Assembly (NCBI GenBank): GCA_964513735.1
Contig: CAZENU010000001.1
Location: forward strand, 3 to 64,002
DNA from: an uncultured Dehalococcoidia bacterium
GTDB lineage: Bacteria; Chloroflexota; Dehalococcoidia; Lucifugimonadales; CAZENU01
Direction of reading: 5' to 3'
DNA length: 64,000 nucleotides
The translations under genes and the position numbers were made by a program. This document shows, piece by piece, positions 55,685 through 64,000 of this stretch (its first letter is position 1; every line of letters starts with the position of its first letter). The notes below the pieces were generated by a model. That model saw nothing but the letters and a program-made list of their open reading frames with translations. It was not told where the DNA came from and did no database searches.

Positions 55685-57634
55685 ATGGCAACAAAGCAAC
55701 TCAGCAACGACTCCCAGTCCTACACCGCCAGCGACATCCAGGTGCTGGAGGGCATGGAGGCGGTACGCCGCCGTCCGGGCATGTACATCGGCAGCACGGA
55801 CCAGCGCGGCCTACACCAGCTCATCTTCGAGGTGGTGGACAACTCCGTCGACGAGTTCATGGCCGGCCGTGGCGCCAAAGTGGACGTCCATATTCGGCAG
55901 GACGGCAGCGTCAGGGTGGAGGACGACGGCGGCGGCATCCCCACCGACATCCACAAGACGACAGGTGTGTCGGCCGTCGAGACGGTCATGACGACGCTGC
56001 ACGCCGGCGGCAAGTTCGGAGGCAAGGCGTACACCGTCTCCAGCGGCCTTCACGGGGTGGGCGTATCGGCGGTCAACGCTCTGTCGTCGCGCCTGAGAGC
56101 GGAGACCCACCGGGATGGCAAAGTGTATTCCCAGGAGTTCTCGGCGGGTAAGAGGATCAGTGAGCTTACCTCCTCAAAGATGGATCCATCGCTGATCGGC
56201 AAGACGGGCACCACCGTCTCGTATACGCCCGACGCGGGGATATTTCCGGAGATAGTCTACGACTTCCATATGCTGTCTCAGCGGTTCAAGGAGATGGCCT
56301 ACCTCAACAAGGGTCTGGAGGTCCATTTCCGCAGCGACTGGCACGTCAACCTGTGGCCCAACAACGAGGTCACCTACTACTTCGATGGCGGCATCTCCAG
56401 CTTCGTCCGAGACCTCAACCACAACCGCATCCCGCTTCACAAGGACCCCATATATGTCGAGCGGCAGGTGGACGGTACCAAGGTCGAGGCGGCCCTGCAG
56501 TACAACGACAGCTTCAACGAGCTGGTATATTCCTTCGCCAACTGCGTCAACACCGCGGACGGCGGCAGCCACCTGACCGGGTTCAGGGCAGCCGTGACGC
56601 GCGTGATCAACGACTACGGCCGCAAGCAGGGGCTCATCAAGAGTAGCGACCCCAACCTTTCCGGCGAGGCGACCCGAGAGGGCATGGCCGCAGCGGTCAG
56701 CGTGAAGCTGACCGACCCGCAGTTCGAAGGCCAGACGAAAGAGAAGCTTGGCAACCCCGAGGTGCGAAACCAGGTCGAGACTGTCGTGGCCGAGGTACTG
56801 CAGATCTTCCTGGAGGACCACCCGCAGGACGGCCGCCGGATCATCGAGAAATGCACCACCGCCCAGCGGGCGCGCGACGCCGCGCGCAAGGCCCGCGAGC
56901 TGATCATCCGCAAGAACGCGATGGACGGCGGCTCCCTTCCCGGACTGCTGGCGGACTGCTCGGACCGCAATCCGGAGAACTGCGAGCTCTATATCGTCGA
57001 GGGCCCGTCGGCCGGCGGCACGGCCAAGATGGGCCGGAACCGGACCTTCCAGGCGGTGCTCCCGCTGAAGGGCAAGATACTGAACGTCGAGAAGGCCCGC
57101 GAGGACCGCATGCTCGAGAACGCCGAGATTCGGGCGCTGATCATCGCCATCGGCGCCGGGCTAGGCGAGGACTTCAATCGCGAGAAGCTCCGCTATCACC
57201 GCATCATGATCATGACGGACGCGGACGTGGATGGCTCCCACATCCGGACGCTGCTGTTGACCTTCTTCTTCAGGAACATGAACCCGCTGATCACCGGCGG
57301 ACATCTGTACATCGCCCAGCCGCCGCTCTACGGGATTACCAGCGGCAAGAAGAGCTACTGGGCCGCGGACGAGGCGGAGCGCGAGCAGGTCATGACCCAA
57401 CTCAACGGCAAGAAGAACATCAACGTACAGCGCTACAAGGGCCTCGGCGAGATGAACGCCGAACAGCTCTGGAATACGACCATGAACCCGGAGTATCGGA
57501 CCCTGCGCCAGGTCACCCAGAGCGACGCCAGTGAGGCCGACAATATCTTCTCGCTGCTGATGGGCGACGTAGTTGAGCCCAGGCGCAACTTCATCCAGGC
57601 GCACGCCCTCGAGGTCGAGAACATCGACGTGTAG
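55685..57634 (+). CDS. gyrB: DNA gyrase subunit B
   Basis: YTASDIQVLEGMEAVRRRPGMYIG, GHKL ATPase motifs, Toprim EGPSAGG and PLKGKILNVEKA, MTDADVDGSHI. The ATG at 55685 follows GGGAGAG. Confidence 0.97.
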   Translation: MATKQLSNDSQSYTASDIQVLEGMEAVRRRPGMYIGSTDQRGLHQLIFEVVDNSVDEFMAGRGAKVDVHIRQDGSVRVEDDGGGIPTDIHKTTGVSAVETVMTTLHAGGKFGGKAYTVSSGLHGVGVSAVNALSSRLRAETHRDGKVYSQEFSAGKRISELTSSKMDPSLIGKTGTTVSYTPDAGIFPEIVYDFHMLSQRFKEMAYLNKGLEVHFRSDWHVNLWPNNEVTYYFDGGISSFVRDLNHNRIPLHKDPIYVERQVDGTKVEAALQYNDSFNELVYSFANCVNTADGGSHLTGFRAAVTRVINDYGRKQGLIKSSDPNLSGEATREGMAAAVSVKLTDPQFEGQTKEKLGNPEVRNQVETVVAEVLQIFLEDHPQDGRRIIEKCTTAQRARDAARKARELIIRKNAMDGGSLPGLLADCSDRNPENCELYIVEGPSAGGTAKMGRNRTFQAVLPLKGKILNVEKAREDRMLENAEIRALIIAIGAGLGEDFNREKLRYHRIMIMTDADVDGSHIRTLLLTFFFRNMNPLITGGHLYIAQPPLYGITSGKKSYWAADEAEREQVMTQLNGKKNINVQRYKGLGEMNAEQLWNTTMNPEYRTLRQVTQSDASEADNIFSLLMGDVVEPRRNFIQAHALEVENIDV

Positions 57635-57774
57635 AAACACCTTCATGCGGTGAGGCCAGGCGTGTTGATTTCAGGCGACGCGAAGACTCGCTCCGATCTC
57701 CTCGAGTGCCCCGATTCCGAATCGGGGAGTATCGGGGTCAATGGGCGGTCTGCGGCCGAAGTCGGACGACACAG

Positions 57775-57808
57775 GTAGGGGCACGGCATGCACACCCCTA
57801 CATTTCTT
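57775..57808 (+). terminator. candidate intrinsic terminator downstream of gyrB
   Basis: GTAGGGG (57775-81) / CCCCTAC (57795-801) with a 13-nt loop, followed by ATTTCTT. Confidence 0.4.
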
Positions 57809-57823
57809 ACCTAGCCCCTTGCC

Positions 57824-58744
57824 TCAGTCCCAAATCCCGGTGCTGAAATACCGCTCGCCGATGTCGTTCAAGACCGTCACGATCACCCCGCCGCGGCTCT
57901 CCTTTGCCACCGCGTAGGCCGCCTCCACGTATGCGCCTGCAGACTGGCCCGCGAAGATCCCGTGGGCAGCGAGCAGTCTCGACATTTCACTGGCGTCGTC
58001 CACGTCGATCATGACGGTCTCGTCGACAACGCTTTCGTCGAATGTGTCGGGGACGATGTGTCCCTGTCCCAGCGGCTTGAGGCCTTCTACACCTGGCCAC
58101 TCGTCGAAGTTTATCAGCACGATCCGAACGTCGGGCCTTGCCTCCTTCAGACGGCGGCCTACGCCGGTTATGGTGCCGCCGGTCCCCACGCCGGCCACGA
58201 AGTGGGTGATCCCGGGCGTCTGACGCAGGACCTCCTCGGCCGTGGTGTCGTAGTGGGCCTGCGGGTTATTGACGTTGCTGTATTGATCGCAGTAGAAGTA
58301 CCGGTTCGGGTCGCCCTCGTAGCGGCGTTTGACCTCCCTCAGCGTCTCGTCGTAGCCCAGCATCGGATCGGTGTATATGATCTCGGCGCCGTGGGCGACC
58401 AGCCTCTTCTTCCTCTCCTGGCTCGCGTTGGACGGCATGACGAGCTGGACCTTGAAACCGAGCGTCGCTCCGATCATCGCGTACGCGATGCCCGCATTGC
58501 CGGAGGTGGCGTCAATGATCGTCTTTTCCCTGGTCAGCTCGCCGGACAGGACCGCCTCCACCAGCATTCTGAGCACCGGCCGGTCCTTGACCGAGCCGCC
58601 GGGGTTTAGCTGTTCGGACTTGACGTGAATTTCCGCGTCACCGACGTCCAGGGGAAGGTCCAGCCTGACCATGGGCGTATTGCCGATGGCCAGCAGGGCC
58701 GGATATCTGGAAACGAAGTCCTTAAATTCCCTGGATTCAGGCAA
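57824..58744 (-). CDS. cysK: cysteine synthase family PLP enzyme (CysK/CysM-like)
   Basis: GNTPMVRL, PLP-lysine context NPGGSVKDRP, SGNAG, GVGTGGTITG. TTG start after AGGAGGG. Confidence 0.88.
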   Translation of the reverse strand: MPESREFKDFVSRYPALLAIGNTPMVRLDLPLDVGDAEIHVKSEQLNPGGSVKDRPVLRMLVEAVLSGELTREKTIIDATSGNAGIAYAMIGATLGFKVQLVMPSNASQERKKRLVAHGAEIIYTDPMLGYDETLREVKRRYEGDPNRYFYCDQYSNVNNPQAHYDTTAEEVLRQTPGITHFVAGVGTGGTITGVGRRLKEARPDVRIVLINFDEWPGVEGLKPLGQGHIVPDTFDESVVDETVMIDVDDASEMSRLLAAHGIFAGQSAGAYVEAAYAVAKESRGGVIVTVLNDIGERYFSTGIWD

Positions 58745-58808
58745 AATATCAGCCCTCCTGCCCGCCTATCCTGCCGTCCGTGCTCGCGCCGCCAGACGGG
58801 CGGTGGAC

Positions 58809-61108
<2,300 letters not shown>

Positions 61109-61224
61109 GCCAGAGAGGCCCAGTCCCTTGGGCAAGCTCAGGACAGGCCTTCCCACAGAGGGCGAATGGACATGACATCCTCGTTGGGGACGATACTGAG
61201 GGAACGACCATCTACATCAACCGG

Positions 61225-62406
61225 TTGAGGTTGCTGGGCTTTCGCAACTACGAGAGATTGGACCTGACTCTGGCGCCCGGGATGGTCCTGTTACAGGGCG
61301 ACAACGCGCAGGGAAAGAGCAACCTACTGGAAGCGCTGTACATGCTCGCCATCGCCAAGTCATATCGCGCCACCTCCGAACGGGAGCTGGTCCGTCACGC
61401 TCCCGCAGGTGAGCCGCTACAGTCGCAGGTAGCGGCCGTGGCGCATCGGGCCAGCGGCCAGATACGCGTTCAGGTCGATCTGACGGTCGAGAGCGCTGAA
61501 GCGCCCGAGGGGGATACCGACATCGCGGGCCCTCTCGGTGACGGCGCGATGGTGCAAAAGCAGGTCAGGGTGAACGGCCTTAGGCGTCGCGCATCGGACC
61601 TCGTCGGCGAGATAAACGCCGTTATGTTCGAGGCCGGGGACCTGGATCTCGTTCTGGGGGCGCCCTCTGTCCGCCGCCGCTATCTCGACGTACTGATCTC
61701 GCAACTCGACCGAGACTACCTGAGAGCGCTCCAACGCTACCATCGGGTCGTTTCTCAGCGAAACTACCTGTTAAAGGCGATCAGAGAGGACCGCGGACAG
61801 CCCGCCGAGCTGGACTTCTGGGACAGCGAGCTGGTCGCATCCGGTGGCTACCTGGCACACCGCCGTTCAACGACCATCGCCGTGCTGTCGCGCACGGCGG
61901 CGCCCATCCACGCCCAACTCGCCGACGGCGAGAGCCTCGACATCGGCTACGAGCCCAGCGGCTACGCCGGCGCGGGCGCGTCGGAGGCTGATTCACAGCA
62001 TGCGCTGGCCGAGCTATTGGAGCAGCGACGGTCCAGGGACATCAGGCAGGGCCTAACGTCCGGCGGCCCTCACCGCGACGACCTGCGGCTGACGCTGGAC
62101 GGGCTGGACGCCGGGCTGTATGCATCACGCGGCCAGTGCCGGACCGTCGCACTGGCCATGAAGCTGGCCGAGGCGGCCTACCTCCGGGACGAGCGCGGCG
62201 AAGAGCCTGTGCTACTGCTCGACGACGTGCTCTCGGAGCTCGACGAGCGACGCCGTTTCGAGATACTGGAGGTGGCAAAGCGCTACGAACAGTGCTTCAT
62301 AACCACCTCGGACCCCGGACAGGTCGACCGCTCGTTCCTCAAGCGCATGACCAGGTTCGTCGTCAGCGATGGGACCGTCCAGCCGTTTGCGCCAACCGAC
62401 TCGTAG
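61225..62406 (+). CDS. recF: DNA replication and repair protein RecF
   Basis: LLGFRNYERLDL, Walker A GDNAQGKSNLLEA, signature and Walker B LLLDDVLSELD. The start may lie 5 codons upstream (see findings). Confidence 0.92.
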   Translation: MRLLGFRNYERLDLTLAPGMVLLQGDNAQGKSNLLEALYMLAIAKSYRATSERELVRHAPAGEPLQSQVAAVAHRASGQIRVQVDLTVESAEAPEGDTDIAGPLGDGAMVQKQVRVNGLRRRASDLVGEINAVMFEAGDLDLVLGAPSVRRRYLDVLISQLDRDYLRALQRYHRVVSQRNYLLKAIREDRGQPAELDFWDSELVASGGYLAHRRSTTIAVLSRTAAPIHAQLADGESLDIGYEPSGYAGAGASEADSQHALAELLEQRRSRDIRQGLTSGGPHRDDLRLTLDGLDAGLYASRGQCRTVALAMKLAEAAYLRDERGEEPVLLLDDVLSELDERRRFEILEVAKRYEQCFITTSDPGQVDRSFLKRMTRFVVSDGTVQPFAPTDS

Positions 62407-62408
62407 TG

Positions 62409-62438
62409 AGTCCCTCGGGCCAGGGACTTTCGATTATT
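62409..62438 (+). terminator. candidate intrinsic terminator after recF
   Basis: AGTCCCT cgggcc AGGGACT followed by TTCGATTATT, starting 3 nt after the recF stop. Confidence 0.45.
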
Positions 62439-62450
62439 GACGTACGGGAG

Positions 62451-62476
62451 GTCCTTCGACAGGCGTATCGAAGGAC
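62451..62476. repeat. perfect 9-bp inverted repeat GTCCTTCGA caggcgta TCGAAGGAC (shares the ccttcgacaggc core with the 27321-27530 repeats)
   Basis: Read directly from the sequence. Confidence 0.55.
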
Positions 62477-62600
62477 GAACTGATAGGGGTCTCCGCACGT
62501 GATACCCCCCCCAGGCTTCTGATCACGTTTGCGCGGCATTAGGCGTGCGTATAACATAGTTAGCCATGTCTACCTAGCCGGGGTGTCAGCAGTGTCGAGA

Positions 62601-63569
62601 ATGCCAGCCGCTGTCGTCACCGGCCTTGGCGAGGTCCGCTGCGAGGAGACCGAGGTCCCGGAGCCGACGCCGGGGAAGGTGCTGGTCAAGACCAGCCTCG
62701 CGTCGATCTGTGGCAGTGACCTCCATATCGCCTACATGGGCTGGAACGTGTGGCAGTACCCGCTACCGCCGGGACACCCGGGCCACGAGGCCATAGGCGA
62801 GGTCGTCGACGGGGGCGCCACAGGGTTCTCGCCGTTGGACGTGGTGCTGACGGTGCCCAACGTCTTCGAGGCGGCCTGCTTCGCCGGGTACCAGCTACTG
62901 GACCCACAGTATCTGCTCAAGCTCCCAGACTCAAGCACGATGCCTGAGCTCCTGATGGCGCAGCAGCTCGGCACCGTAGTCTATGGGGCCAAGCGCCTTT
63001 CGACACTGGAAGGCGGCACCGTGGTCGTCATCGGGCAGGGCTCCGTCGGGCTGTTTCACGACTTCGTTCTGCGCAGGCTGTGTGCCGCTAGGATCATCGC
63101 CATCGAGCCGGTAAGAGAGCGGCTGGCGGCGGCCAGGGCCTTCGGCGTAGACGAGGCCATCGGGGTCGATGGCGACGCCGCGACCGAGGCCGTGCTGGAC
63201 CTGACCGGAGGGGAGGGCGCCGACGTCGTCGTCGAGGCGGTCGGCAGCATCGAAACGCTGGCCCAGGCGCTGAAGATGACACGGCCGGCCGGCAGGATCG
63301 CACTGTTCGGGCTGCCGCCGACGATGGAAGCGGTGCCGTTCGACTGGGACACCTTTTTCAGGAAGCGACTGACGATGCACGCGATCCACGGCGCTCAGGA
63401 GGAGCCGGGGCTCCCCGACTTTCAAGAGGCGGTCGACCTCATTGTCGACGGAGAGATCGACGTCGCGCCGTTCTTGACCCACAGGTTCCCCGTCGACCGG
63501 GTCCAGGAAGCCTTCGACCTCGCCGACTCCAAGGGAGACGGCGCGCTAAAGGTGTTATTGACGTTCTAG
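62601..63569 (+). CDS. zinc-dependent medium-chain alcohol/polyol dehydrogenase family protein
   Basis: CGSDLH, GHEAIGEV, and NAD motif VIGQGSVG. Start taken at MPAAVVTG (ATG 62601). Confidence 0.85.
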   Translation: MPAAVVTGLGEVRCEETEVPEPTPGKVLVKTSLASICGSDLHIAYMGWNVWQYPLPPGHPGHEAIGEVVDGGATGFSPLDVVLTVPNVFEAACFAGYQLLDPQYLLKLPDSSTMPELLMAQQLGTVVYGAKRLSTLEGGTVVVIGQGSVGLFHDFVLRRLCAARIIAIEPVRERLAAARAFGVDEAIGVDGDAATEAVLDLTGGEGADVVVEAVGSIETLAQALKMTRPAGRIALFGLPPTMEAVPFDWDTFFRKRLTMHAIHGAQEEPGLPDFQEAVDLIVDGEIDVAPFLTHRFPVDRVQEAFDLADSKGDGALKVLLTF

Positions 63570-63603
63570 GCACGGCCCGTGAGGGCTGGCGAAGCCAGGG
63601 TCG

Positions 63604-64000
63604 TCAGCTCTCCAGTACGGCCCGTATTTTCTGGGCCAACTGGCCGGGGGTAAAGGGCTTTTCGAGGAAAGCTCCGCCCGGATCCGCGCGCCCCATCCGA
63701 TTGATCGCCTCCCACGTGTAGCCCTAGGTGTAGAACAACTTGAACTCCGGGAGCACGTCCCGAAGCCGAGTTGCCAGCTCGCGGCCGTTCATCAGGGGCA
63801 TGTCCACGTCGGTGAACAGCAGGTCGACCTGCCTATCGTTGCCGCTCTCGACCACATAGAGGGCTTCGTCGCCGTCGCCGGCCTCCAGCACTGCGTACCC
63901 ATGGTGGCGCAGGACGTCTGCCGCCACCTCTCTGACGTCCCGGTCGTCCTCGACGAGCAGCACCGTCTCGTTCCCGTGGGAAGCGCGACCTTGGCCACGA
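63604..64000 (-). pseudogene. C-terminal receiver (REC) domain of a probable hybrid sensor kinase, interrupted by an in-frame TAG; the 5' part runs off the window
   Basis: Minus frame reads ...GNETVLLVEDDRDVREVAADVLRHHGYAVLEAGDGDEAL...VDLLFTDVDMPLMNGRELA...FKLFYT(TAG)[39 protein letters not shown](TGA). The TAG at 63724-63726 sits where the conserved Ser/Thr of the (M/T)SGY motif is expected. Confidence 0.7.

Noticed and set aside
55373-55685. Could the AT-rich gyrB upstream region, or the gaps flanking recF, be a replication origin (oriC)?
   Set aside because: There are no dnaA or dnaN genes in the window. I found only one weak 7/9 DnaA-box-like match (tgctccaca), with no cluster and no obvious AT-rich 13-mer repeats.
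63724-63726. Could the in-frame TAG (and the TAG/TGA in the 20065-20319 fragment) indicate stop-codon reassignment?
   Set aside because: TAG and TGA both terminate many clearly complete genes in this window at the expected protein ends (for example rpsL, adk, the DUF4129 protein and secY use TAG; rplX, rpsQ and rplR use TGA). The standard code applies. Nonsense mutation or sequencing error is the simpler explanation.

Overview
GC-rich (about 60-65% G+C by eye) bacterial chromosomal window, almost entirely housekeeping genes. The centre (28.6-50.5 kb, + strand) is a complete, tightly packed str/S10/spc/alpha ribosomal-protein supercluster: rpsL-rpsG-fusA-rpsJ-rplCDWB-rpsS-rplV-rpsC-rplP-rpmC-rpsQ-rplNXE-rpsN(Zn type)-rpsH-rplFR-rpsE-rpmD-rplO-secY-adk-map-infA-rpmJ-rpsMK-[membrane protein]-rpsD-rpoA-rplQ-truA-rplM-rpsI. 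It has a consensus promoter at one end and a strong intrinsic terminator at the other. The flanks carry a MoxR/DUF58/DUF4129 operon, trxB, thrC, a VapBC-like toxin-antitoxin pair, L25/Ctc, mfd, cinA, gyrB, cysK, ligA, recF and assorted oxidoreductases, hydrolases and transferases. A partial tRNA-Gln sits at the left edge and a partial hybrid-kinase receiver domain at the right edge. fusA running directly into rpsJ without tuf, the Zn-type S14 and the many GC-rich palindromic intergenic repeats remind me of Chloroflexota, but that assignment is a guess. I found no CRISPR array, rRNA, IS element, prophage or recognisable defence island, and no convincing new multi-gene system. The things worth a second look are: (1) several ribosomal proteins with about 100-aa low-complexity extensions (S17 acidic tail made of six 33-bp tandem repeats, L5 basic N-terminal extension, L13 tail); (2) a polytopic membrane-protein gene embedded between rpsK and rpsD; (3) a 600-aa membrane protein made of six tandem two-helix repeats, paired with a membrane-anchored partner; (4) an in-frame amber codon at the conserved Ser/Thr position of a receiver domain; (5) decayed methyltransferase fragments; (6) dispersed repeat and MITE-like elements; (7) an orphan promoter-hairpins-terminator unit that could be a small RNA. 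All function calls rest on my recognition of motifs in the supplied translations. No searches or folding programs were run.
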